Shown: one piece after another, positions 26,601 to 38,600 of the stretch
Position numbering within the stretch: position 1 is the stretch's first letter
Layout of the letters: every line of letters begins with the position of its first letter
From: Glaucostegus cemiculus
Taxonomy: Eukaryota
Direction: 5' to 3'
DNA length: 64,000 nt
Assembly (NCBI GenBank): GCA_976551045.1
Contig: CDPCPM010000053.1
Location: 310,001 to 374,000, forward strand
Notes under the pieces: model-generated
Told to the model about the DNA's origin: nothing
Databases searched by the model: none
What the model saw: the letters and a program-made list of their open reading frames with translations, nothing else
Made by a program: the position numbers and the translations under genes

Positions 26601-27855
26601 TGTTCTCCCTGGTTCAATTAAAATACCAAAACTTTGTTGGACGCTCCCTTTCACGATCAGAAAATCTGTTTGTGGATGTTGGTTTTAATATTATAATTTG
26701 TTCACCTTCATCGTTAGTAAAAGGCACAGAGAACGCGCGCACTTTTGTTTTAAGTCAGGTATAATGTGGAATCTGTGGTGTCGCGGAACACAAGGCTTAA
26801 GTACACCATGGAATTTATCAAATTATATGTGATTTCCTTGGTCTGATGATGAAATAAATAACACTCTTACGTGTATTTTGAATATAATATTACTCTCTGT
26901 CAGGTACAAAAGCGCGTTCAGGAAATGAAACTGAAAATAACGAAAGGGTAAGCTGAAGTTATTTTCTCTATATTGAGTTAGAACATTCCTCAGGCGGCTT
27001 CGGAATTGAAACATACATTAAGTTGCTTAATCCGTTCCACATTTGGCTCTGGAACTTGACTGTTTTTAGAATATCAAGTATTCTGAAGATTTGAAGATGC
27101 AGAGCATTGATGTGTATTTGGACGTTTTCACACATATTATGGCAGTGGAATTATTATTTTAAATCCGTGTTACTGTCAGCATCATAAAAATATATTGTAT
27201 CCAATCAACCTTGGGTTTCACGGAAGTAACGTCGTCCTGTTTAGTCACATGGTTAATTATAATTCATAAAATAAAAATTGCGTTTGAATCGTTTCTCAGA
27301 TTGGTGTTCGCCTCCGTGTGCGTTCCTTTTTTCGGAGTGCCCCTTACATTTAATTCTAATCTAAAATGAGTTCCACCATTATTATTAATGACAACAAACA
27401 TATGGCAATCCAAGGGTAACATAATGAACGACGAATGCATTGTCAACTTAGGAACTGAGTCTTTATCTAAAAAATCCCCAAAGTTTCATTATTTTTGCAC
27501 AGCTTAAAAAGTTGAGCCTGTAGGACTTTCTGTTGCGGTTCCTCGGCAAGCGTTTGCCACTTAAAGAAATATTGCATGTTCTAGACTCTAAATAAAATTT
27601 GCAACAAGATAAATGTTTCACAATTTGCCTAGAATATACAATTGCTAACTGATACTTGAAGGTTCAGGAAAATACTGTTGCACTCACTGAACATTTCATT
27701 TTCAGAACCAACAAGAGGATGACGGTGGTATAGTCACGTACGTGGATTTTATCCGCTGTAAGGAGAATGATCCACCAAAACGGCGCGAAAATAGTTCGGT
27801 GTACGCAATGGTAAAGCTCATTTCACACAAGAAAAATAAGGACTCTGGCAATTAG
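23630..27855 (+). CDS. Gene B: non-rearranging IgSF V-C1 type I membrane receptor with uncharged TM and tyrosine motifs VTYVDF and SVYAMV, 324 aa
   Basis: Exons 23630-23684, 24010-24321 (V), 24555-24857 (C1), 26312-26422 (TM AAIIAGSVGGAVLILLLTVMLL), 26904-26947, 27706-27855. Same sizes and phases as gene A, open frame, intact GT-AG sites. Confidence 0.9.
25258..25412 (+). repeat. Right arm of the inverted repeat, copy B
   Basis: Paralog of 8377-8531. Confidence 0.92.
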
Positions 27856-28849
27856 GATTAAATTCCTCGTGATGTGGATCAGGATAATTATCTGATGTAA
27901 TTTTCATTCGGCGCTTTTCAACTGCAATTTAAATATCTTCATGTGTTTCTTTTAAATAGACCAAAGGTTACGCTGATGATACCAAACTGGCGTACGCTGC
28001 ACTGGATTTGAAACGTTCCAAAAATATGCCGGAACTTCAAAACAATGAATCCAAACTAATATACGGCGTGGTGAAAACTGGCGAATAAATTGCACTGGAA
28101 TATCGGAAAGGTTTTGGACTCTCTGTTATCCCAACATAACTTTGTATTGTCTTTTTATGTAACTCTAGTATTGCCACTTTGCCAGCCTTCTATTTTCTCG
28201 ATGTCGTGGAAAGACACTGTTGGATTCTGTCCATCTATGCAAGGCACAGTCATTCTGAAGCGTATCTTCGAACAACAGACTTAAATTAGTTTGCACCAGC
28301 ATCACTGTTCTAATCTTCTTTCAGTGGTCTATAGCTACCACATGACGGCAATTATTCTGCCACTTACGATCCTCCCGTTAACGAATTGTAAATCTAAATG
28401 GGGCTCAAATCAGAAATAGATACTTAATACATTTTTACCCATCTCCCTTTTTCTCTACGCCATGTCCTTTACTGAACTCTTGATCAGCGGTAGTTTGTTT
28501 TCATTGTTTCTCATTTTGGGAACATCACATTCAGTTTCCATAATTCATGACTTTCCCTCGCATCATGTATTTCAACGTGCTACAGTTTTACTTTTCCCCT
28601 CAGATTGTTCCATTATTTCAGCATGGCATTATTTATCCGAAATCACCGTGTATACCATAGCCAACCTAAATTGATTGCGTCTGATCTTCTTTTCCCCAAC
28701 CCCTTGTGGTCCACTGGACAGGAGAGCATATTTAAGCACATGATTTTCTCGGCTTTCCCCGTTTCTGTTTTCATTGGGACATTTGGTAAATACTCTGAGC
28801 CGAATATCACGTCAAGTAAGAGTGGGCATTTAAAGGAAATTACTGAAAG

Positions 28850-29550
28850 AAGCAATGTTGATGTCCAGTAAGAACTCGATGTCCAATTCCACCGCTGACC
28901 GGAAGAGGGAATGCAGGTCGATAGAGTTGTGAAAAAGACATAGACATGCTTGCCTTCATAGGTTGGGGCACAGATTATAGAATTTGGAAAGTTATGTTTC
29001 AACTTTACAAGACAGTGGTTTGGCCAAACTTTATTGCCAGCATTTCTGTTCACCAGATAATAGGAACTAAGCAATTGCACTTGAGAGAGTGCAGAGGAGA
29101 CTCTACAGCACACTCCCTGGTTTGGAAAAACATGCTTCTAGGGACTGGATAGGTGGTTTTGATTTCTCTTCAACGAAGAAGACTGAGTTGTGACCTGCTA
29201 TTATCCAAAATTATGAGAGGAATGGAAGGCATTAACAGTCAAAATACTTTTTTATTGACATAATGCAAGATGGAAAGGTTTAAGATAAGAGATTCGAGTG
29301 TGAAAGGGGTCTGAGGGGGTCAGTGTTTGACGCAGAGAGCTGTTGATATCAGAAAGTTGCTGCCAGAAGAAGTGGATGAATCAGATAAAGTCACCATGAT
29401 TAAGAGTCATTTGGACATATTTTTAAATAGGCCAGCCGGAGAATAATTCCATTCTAATGGAGGGAACTTGAATTAGTGTAGATGGGCAAAAAGCTCGGCA
29501 TGGGCATAATAGTCCAGGTCCAGTTTTGCGCCGTACAACTTTATGTTGTG
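28850..29550 (+). mobile_element. CR1 LINE 3' fragment, copy B
   Basis: Paralog of 12070-12750. Confidence 0.75.
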
Positions 29551-31249
29551 GATCGCTGAACAAAATGTGTCATTACTTTTTTTAATAAAATACTCTAATC
29601 TACTTCAATGATTGTTGATTCTGATATTTTACTGAGTGTATCCTTAGACGTCTATTCTGGAAATTAAGCAAATTGAACTAGAACAAAGGATTATTTGTAA
29701 CGCTTGGAAAATCAAAGTATTATGAAGGTCAAAATACTTAACACACGATTGCACGTCATTCGTGCTAATAAACTGTTCCTGTTTGTGAAGACTGTTTCTG
29801 CAATAGAAGGTTAAGCAGATGAAAGCCAACGTCGTCAAACGGGCGCCTTCCAAATTCTCTAACACGAACACTCTTGCTGGTACCTTACTATGATGAAGCA
29901 GATTATTCGCGGGCAATGTCTAATTTCACATCAGATCAAAACACCTGTTTTTAGTTTTGTTTTACTTTGGATAACCTTTTCTCTAATTATATTTTGAATA
30001 ATTTCAGACCCTCTGTGTTATAATCTCCATACACACGACTTGGTAAAAGTTCTGTTTTTCTGCTTCAAACCCGCAAAATCTGTGCCTGTGTGGTGGAAAT
30101 AGTGTAGATATGGAAAAGTTATTGCATGTTTATTTAATTCATTGATTTAATAAATAAAATATTTACATTTCATAAAGAATTCTACTGAAATCATATGAGA
30201 CATTTCGGATGAAATTATGACTCTGGAAATGTCGCAGATTTTTGTCTGGTGTTGGTTCTGTGGTATAAAGAGAAGGTGCTCGTACAACAGATATTCTGGA
30301 ACATTGGGGTTACTTTCGTTAATCCCAAACTCTTAATTTTTTCTAACACGTTACGCAATGACATAATAGATATTCAAAAGAAACTTGATTGGTGCGGGAA
30401 ATAGAAAAAAAAATGCTGACCCCCGCTCCGTCCACTAACCTCGTTGATTTCCAAACTCAAATATTCTGGAAGTCAACCCCAGCTCTAGTTTCACATTCAG
30501 CCAGGGAACCTCAGTTCACATTCCAGACCATTGTGTGTGGCAGAGGCAGGAATATCAGGATTTACAAAATAGCAGGTGCCAGTCTGAAAACTTCACTGGT
30601 ATGTAGGATCAATATTGATAGGCACAACGGGCACATCGAAATGTTGTGCCGAAAGGCTTGCTTCTCCACTGTACGGCTCTGACTCTTCAAGTCTGAAAAC
30701 ACGGGTGTATTTTTTTCATTAACCCAGGGTTTTGCAAATCTGATAGCCCAAGGATCATAACTTGGGGTTTATCTATTTACAACTAACAGGGAAAGGAAAA
30801 TAATAACCCTATTTTCCTGAAGATGCAAACTTCGATGAAACCAATGATGTTTAAAGATGCGAAATCCGTGAAAAATACATTACTCGTTGCCAAAAGCAGA
30901 TCAAGAGCAAGGTATGGACTTCGATATTGGTTGCTCGGTGACCAAAATTGTAACGTCCGTCTTGTTTTCCAAACGTGAAACATTGATAATTGTTAGGATT
31001 CAGAAAGATTTGTCTTCTCTTCTACATGCATCACCGAGAATATTCGCACGATTAATATAATAAAACTGAATGTTCTACTCAGGTGATACACTAAGATGAA
31101 TGAAGGGGAACATTCATACGTTCAAGCTGTTGTGAAATTGCATCCAGAGTACGTTGTGCAGTTTTGGCCTACTGATCAAGGAAATGATAATATGAGTCAG
31201 AACCGGTGTAATAAATGGTCCCTCGTTTGAGTCCGAAGAATGTAGGATG

Positions 31250-32460
31250 CCTCCATAAAAATCCTATTCTTAATAAAGCAGGATACATCAAACCTGTCTA
31301 ATTACCACCTAATCGGACTGCTATCAATCCTTAACAAGGTGATGTAACATATTATAAACAGTGGTATCCGAAACTAACAACGCAACAAAAACCTGCTCGC
31401 CAGGTTTCACCAGGACCACTGAATCCTGACCTCATCAATATGTTGACGAAGCATGAGGCAAAGAGCTGAATTCCAGAGGTGAGGAAAGAGTCAATTTCCC
31501 TGACTCAAAACAACATTCGAGGCATGAATCATCATGGAGTACTGAAAAATATGAAGATGGCGGGAAGTAGGATAGACATATTCCTCCACTTCGACCATAA
31601 GAAAATTCCTTGTGTTGTCAGTTATGTATCATCCCAGTACATGCGCATCGAATCAGGAGTCCCTCGTGGTCGTGCCCTCGGTAGAATTGCTCTTATTTGC
31701 TGCATCAACTGTCCTCCTTCTAATGGTACGGAAAAGGTTGATATTTCATTGATGTTTATACAATGATCAATTATATTGGCAACCGCTGAATAAATGAAGC
31801 AGTCCACGCTGCATGCAATCATCAAAGAGGTGGAACCACGAAATATTCAGAAACAGGTACATAACTAGCAGACAGCATTTTAGCTAAAAAAAAAAGTATT
31901 GCTGATCATCTTCAAGAGCGTCGAATTATCTTCGTTTGATATTTAATGGTATGGCTGTCGCGAAGTTCCTGACATCAACATCTTAAGGGACATTGAGCAG
32001 AAAGTAATTGCATCAGACACTTACATCAACTGTGGATGCAATAACATGAAATAGGCAGGGTCTCTTGGGGCATTTACGGACACTCCGAACTATTCACACT
32101 ATTGCAAGATTCTGGCCGTTAACATGATAGAACACTCCAGGTTTTTTGCAGCTGTGCCCATCCAATCATTCTCAGGAAGCTCATGGAAAACCAATAATAT
32201 ATCAGCTTGCCGCACACTGTGTGAGATTCTCAGTAGTTCCTACAGTTCCTTTAGCCTACATTACCTCCAATACTAAGCACAGTTCTTCTGCTATACTTAT
32301 TCGACGGGACCTCCCAAGGTCGCCACGTCTGCCACAAGGAAGAATGGGAAGAGCTGACGCATACGAATGTCGTTACCTACGTAATGTTCCTCCAAGACAC
32401 ACATCATTCTGACCCGGAACGTCGTTTGACCAAAGTTTTGGCGATCCACACCATTTTCCC
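31250..32460 (+). mobile_element. Old CR1/L2-group LINE RT remnant
   Basis: SNYHLIGLLSILNKVM (NYRPISL-like) and SGVPRGRALG (GVPQGSVLG-like), heavily decayed. Confidence 0.55.
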
Positions 32461-32799
32461 AATGCAGTTTCACCAGGCCCCTGTAAAGATACATCAGAAT
32501 TTGTGTATTTTACAGCACATTTTCCTTCATTAACCTATCTAATTATGTGTTGACTTTATCTGTTTCACGTACTGGAACACTCAGCACGCTTTATATAATA
32601 TCTTCTTGCAAACTCACTTCTTTTAAACGAAACATTTTTACTTCTTTCCTCCTACAGAAGAGGATAATATCATAAATTCCGCATCAGTTATCTTGTAACT
32701 TCACTTAAAGTACAACTTCGCAGTTTCTTTGAAACTTCCTCACAACTTGATGACACATCTATTTTTGTATAATAAACAAATATGGCTACTGCGCGCTCA

Positions 32800-34260
32800 T
32801 ACAATCACAGAATTATAGAGGCACAGAGCATGTGAATAGCTATGTCAGCCCAGCTGGTCCATGCCGACCAGCGTGGCTATCCAAGCTATTTCCATTTTCC
32901 CGCGTTTGGACCAGAGTTTTGTAAACCTTTCCTATTCACATAAGAGTCCAGGTTTATTTTATATGTTGTTAATGTACCTGCCTGAAACAATTCCTCTGGC
33001 TGCGTACTCCATATACGGACCATCCTCTGGGATAAAACGTTAGCCTTCACGTTCCTATTAAATCACTCCGCTCTCACCTTAAACCCATGCCCTCTAGTTC
33101 TTGATTGCCTAACCGTGGGAGAAAAAAGTTCGTGTTAACCCTATCTATGACCTTCATGATTTTATACACTTAACAGTGTCATACCCCATTCTCCTACTCT
33201 CCCATGAATAAAGTCCTAACCTGCTCCACCTCTCTCTATAACTCAGTCCCTCGATTTCTGCCAACATACTTGTAAATATATCCTGCAATCTTTTCAGTTC
33301 AATAACATATTTCTTATAGCAGGGTGACCAAAACTGAACACAATACTCCAAGTGAGACCTTATCACCGTCTTGTCCAACTGCAAAAGAACTACCCATCTT
33401 CTATACTGAAGTATCTGACTGATGATTCATGTATCTGACTCCAAGCCTCATCCGTTCTAAAACACTCCCTAGGGTGCTGCCTTTTTCTGTGAAAGTCCCA
33501 CCTTAACTTGACTTTCCAAACTGCAACACTTTGCACTTATCTGAATCAAACTCTATTTGCGACTCTTCAACGCACTCACCCAGCTCATCAAGATCAAATT
33601 GATATACTTGAGAATTTTCTTCGTTGCGCACGTAATTTAATATCAGCTGCAATCTTGTTGGCCATGGTTTGTACATTCTCATTTAAATTATTAACATAGG
33701 TTCAAACAACAATGGGCCTAGCACGAATTCCGGAGGAACGCCTCTAGTCAGGGATGTCCAGTCCGAGAAACAGCATTCGACTATCACACTCTGCTTCCTA
33801 CCATCAAGCCAACTGTGTATCGAATTACCAGGTCTCACTGGATTCCATGCAATTTAATGTCCCATAGCAGCTTACTGAAGTCCGTGAAGACCACCTCTAC
33901 CGCCCTGCCCTCATAGACCCTGTTGGTTACTTGATCAAAAAGAATCGTGAAGCGCGATCTCCCTCTCGCAAAGCAATAATGAATATCCCTAATTAACGCC
34001 TGTCTCCCAATGTGCATGCTTATTTTCTCCTTCAGAGTTCTCTCCAGTATCTTACCTACCACAAATGTTAGGCTTACTGGCCTATAGTTCCCAGGTTATT
34101 TGTATTTTGCAACACTTCTTAAATAAACTCCCCTCCAGTTTTCAGGCATCTCATACGTGGCTTAACAAAGATGTAAATATCTTAGTCAGGACTCCTGCTA
34201 TTTCACCGTAGTCTCCCATCGGGTTCTGGATATACCTGGTCTATCTACCACCATACATTT
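32800..34260 (-). mobile_element. CR1 LINE RT/3' fragment
   Basis: HLEYCVQFWSP, LSYRER.SRLGLYS, VGKILER motifs on the minus strand. Confidence 0.85.
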
Positions 34261-34334
34261 TAAAATATATCGTGATGTGAGCCAACTGGATTGGAAGACA
34301 GAGAGTGAAGAAAAGGGGAAAGGCTACAGAGGGG

Positions 34335-34950
34335 GAATGTTCAGCAGAAGTTTGAGAATTTGATGTGCATGCTGCCAGGTTGGAGACTGCCCATGCAGAA
34401 TGCAAGGTTTCGTTCCTGTAATTTGCGTTTAGCCTCGAATTCGATGTAGAGGAGGTTGAAGACAGTAATGACTGTGTGGGGATGAGAAAAGGAATTAATA
34501 TGACTAGTCAGCGCAACATCCCGCAAGGCACGGCGGACAGAGCGTAGGTGCTCGGCGCAGTGGTCGCAGAGCGATCCCTGCAGAAGGATGAACCAGGATG
34601 GAGTGGGAAATATACCGTGATGGGATCATATTGCACATGGAGGAAGTTTCAAAGAATTATATGTTGGATGTGCAGGCTGGTGGTGTGTTTGGTCAGAACC
34701 TGGGGAATGCTATTGCTATTCTGCATGGGGAATGGGAAAACGTGCAGGAAATAGATGAAATGCGGGCGAATGCTCCATCAATAGCAGTGTGCGGGCTGAC
34801 ACACTGAAAAAGGAATGTCCTGGAGTGGAAGACCTCATCTCAAGAACGGGCTCGGCAGATAAGGAACAACTGAGAAAAGGGAATGCCGTCCTTGCAAGTG
34901 ACAATGTGGAAGGGGTTGTAGTCAAGGCAGCTGTGAGCGTCAGAGAGTTT
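34335..34950 (-). mobile_element. Penelope-like element fragment
   Basis: Minus-strand KRKLQERNLAFCMGSLQPGSMHIKFSNF (end of GIY-YIG endonuclease). Similar to 56130-57620. Confidence 0.65.
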
Positions 34951-35104
34951 TGGAGAGTGATTGGTGCAGTGTCGCAAGGATGTCGTACCTCTTTTGTTAA
35001 AGATGTCTTCTGACTTTTAGGGAATATTCAGCACAGCTAGTCACTGATATCGAAGTTTAACTGCCCAATGTTCGTAGGGACACCGTTTTGTATCTGTTTA
35101 TAAT

Positions 35105-35335
35105 CATTCCCGGAAGTCGCACATCTTTCAATTGTGACATGTGTGGAAGTCCTAAAAAGGAATAGCCGAGTTTCTGTTCTGATATATAATTCAACCCAGT
35201 GGCAAAAAAAAAAATAGTCCTTAAAAGTACACAGCGTAGGCCAGACTCAGCTGGGTGAATGGCGGAAGTATTGTGTTTTCATCATGGAATGCACTTCCAG
35301 ACAATCGTTTACGAAACTTATCCAGGAAGCTGTTA
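35105..35335 (+). promoter_or_regulatory. ETS-motif cluster upstream of gene C
   Basis: CCGGAAGT, GTGGAAGT, GCGGAAGT and CAGGAAGC, 270-500 bp upstream of the ATG. Motif match only. Confidence 0.25.
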
Positions 35336-35603
35336 TTCGAACAGGTGCCGTTGTGCCATTTTGAAATGGACGTCTTGTCCACAAGTCCGCTTCAAATTAC
35401 TTTTTTTTTCTTCTGCCTGTGGTTATTCGCAGTAAAGACAGGAAACTGCATGATGCAATATGTTCCATCTGACCAAGTGATTTTGACCTGAAACGTTAAC
35501 TCTAATTCTCTTTGCACAGGTGCTGTTGACCTGCTATTTTCAGCTATTCCCGTGTTCATTACGGATTTCCAGCATTTACAGCATATGATTTTCTTGCTTC
35601 ATT

Positions 35604-38600
35604 ATGCCTTTTTCCGACGTGATTCTGTTTCTGTCGTTGCTGAAGATCACAAATGCAGGTATTCTTTATTCTTCTGTTCTTACCAACGCTCACACTCTAT
35701 CACAAGTACCTCACCGGTGCATGCGAAACTATTAGAAGTGCGGTTAATTGTGTCTCCCTGAGTCTTATTTGGAATTAATTGCCTGATTTTCATTGTGCCT
35801 ACAGTTGACAGTGAACTACGAGTCTCCCAAGAACCGAAAAGCAAAAATGTGCTCGTGGGTTCAAATATCACTTTTTATTGCATTATCCCCATCTCTCAAA
35901 ACCACTGGACTCTGGACATTTATTGGTGGAAACTTGGTGAAAGTAAATTTCTGCAAACAGCCTCTGACAGTAGGATGATATTTATTCGTTTTGAGCAAGG
36001 TGGGGCTGCCTTTCATCTTCTGAATATCAACGTGAAGGACTCTGGTGTCTACTACTGCGAGGTGAGAAACCTGGCAAGCAGGACAGTAAAAGGAACAGGC
36101 TCCACAATCAAAGTATTTGGTAGGTATGACAGTGGAAGCAAATGTGCTACAATATGGATATTTATCGTGTTTGCATTGCCTACTCTGTCATCCAGGCTTG
36201 TAAAAATAATCCAGATGACCGTTTGATTTGCTGTTAGTCTATTTTTAAGAGGCTGATTCTGCTGAAAATTCACGAAAATGTTGAATTGAAATCAGTTGCT
36301 ATTTCTTTCCTAGTTATGATAGCTGTGGATCTAACTTCCACTTCTAATTCACCTTGATCATCTCTAAATTCTGAATAAACCTACACTGGATTTCGATGTG
36401 CTCATTGATATATTTGCTCGTGTGTGTATTGCACCATTAATTCGGAATGTTCTTTCAAGCAAGTTGTACAATATTGACTGTTTAAAACTAAGATTTAAAA
36501 TGAGAGAAAATGGGAAAATGTGAATAAACTCGAAGTTCAGACGGCAACATCTGTGGAGAAAGGAACAGAGTTACAGATTCAGCCCATTCTACAAACAAAG
36601 GGTAGGGATTTGAAACGCCGAATAGTTTTCACTCTGCAACTGCTGGCTGTGCCGTCGACTATTTCCAGCACACTTTTGAAATGCTAAATACAGGATCACG
36701 TTGCCCAGATGATCATATGGAACTTTACGTTGTTTGATTTTCTGAAGAACTACCGGAAGTAATATTGAAATATATAGTTGTATCCATGTATCTTTTTGCA
36801 GACCACACGCAAATTTTCTCCCTTACTTTTGCAGTTCCTCCGAGTCATCCCAGAATCTCCAAAATATCTGATCTAAACTCCACTACGCTGCATCTCGGAT
36901 GTGAAGCTGATGAATTTAGAAGTTTTATATATAAACATTATGCCGCGAAGATTAAGTGGAACCATTATGTGGCTTGATTTTCTGAACTGACAAAACAATG
37001 TTGATTTCGCGAACAGTTGCCATAATCATCAATTACGAGATAGTTAACAAAAATCGTGATATATAGTTGTATAAGTGTATCACTTTTCAGATCACAAATA
37101 GATGTTTGTCTTACTTCTGCAGTTCCGCCAGGTCACCTCAGGATCTCCAGAATGTCTGATCTAAACTCCACTACCCTGAATCTCGCATGTGAAGCTGATG
37201 AATTTTATCCGGGAACCCTCAACCTCACATGGTACAAAAACGATATTGAGATTGTAACCGGCATAGACACAGTTGTAAAACTTAATATGAATGGATTATA
37301 TGAAGTATCGAGTCAATTAAGTGAGACGCAGCCCCTCCAGGACGGGTCTCTTTACACTTGCCAAGTGGCGCACGTCACTCTCTCTTCTCCAGTTGCTGCC
37401 ACATATCGTGTTCCAGATCATAGCACAGGTAATGGATTGCCAAATGTAGGCTTTTCTGAAATAAGAACGTTATATGGTTTCAGTACTAAGGCACGTGCTC
37501 TTTTTTAGTTCTCGAAAGCTGTACGAATTAAAACAGTATTTAAGATCGATTTTAAAAATGTTCTCCATAATTAGCAAGCAGTGTATTTTAACTTCTGCAA
37601 TAAACTCAAAATGCTTGAAAGAACCAAAGTTTTAATTCCTCCAAACCCGATGATTGGCTTACATTAGCATTCTTATGTTATCTTTCTAACTGAAAGATTA
37701 CAGGTACATTTCTTCTCATTTTAATAGGCTGGAAAACGTGTTGTTTCCTTCAAGGGAAAGATGGGCAAGCATAAGACGAGATTCGAAATATTTCTTCCAG
37801 ATATGCAGTTGTTACATTCCCAGGTTCTACTCTGAATGTGTGACTGTTTGTGTATTGTTGACTGTTTGGAACAAAACAACTGCACTGAAGACGGTTATCC
37901 GATGAGGAAAATAACAATATTTCAAAATTAAAGAGTACTAACACAACATCATATCTAATATGAGTTACACAAAGAGAAAAAAAAATGTTTAGACCCGCGG
38001 GGCAAGTGTGTGTAATTTGAAATCATAAGAACATTTTTGCCAAAGTTCTTTCCAGTTTCAATCAGATAGCCAAGGGATATGTTACGAGTTTCCCGCCAAT
38101 AAGCAAAAACAAAAATGGTATTGGGGAGTTCGTGGGGTAGGGAGAGGTTCGTAGTATTATTACCACGGACAGTAAATTGCAAAATAATCTGAAAAACCGT
38201 TCCAAACAAAACTTAACCAGGGCTTACCTTATGCCATTGTACTTACTTCTTTCTATATTACGGCTCAGAATATAATCTTAATTCATACAATATTAGTATT
38301 GTATCAATTGGTATTGGTACATTTCACACACAGAAGAATTCATATCCGAATTATTTAAACTCCTACAATTTTTGGGGCGCTGTGTTATTTTCAGTGTGTA
38401 TACTTCCCCTTATTTCATATTTTCTCTTCAAAAGCCAACAATCGCCAATGTTGTGATGGGGGATTTTAATTTCGCAAACTTCGACTGGAATCTCCAGACA
38501 GTGAGGGGTTTAGATGGGATTGAGTTTGTTCGGTGTGTTCAGGAAGGGTTCGTGATACAACATGTAGATATACCTACAAGAGGAGAGGACGTGATTGATT

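Larger units (their letters stand above)
16887..29865. repeat. Tandem segmental duplication, copy B (full unit probably 13061-29865)
   Basis: Homologous to 1-13060. About 21 substitutions in the first 600 nt by eye. Confidence 0.95.

Noticed and set aside
35366-35441. Alternative leader MDVLSTSPLQITFFFFCLWLFAVKT for gene C
   Set aside because: No phase-1 GT donor (G|GAAACT). Exon 35604-35658 has a proper donor and the same 55-nt size as in A and B.
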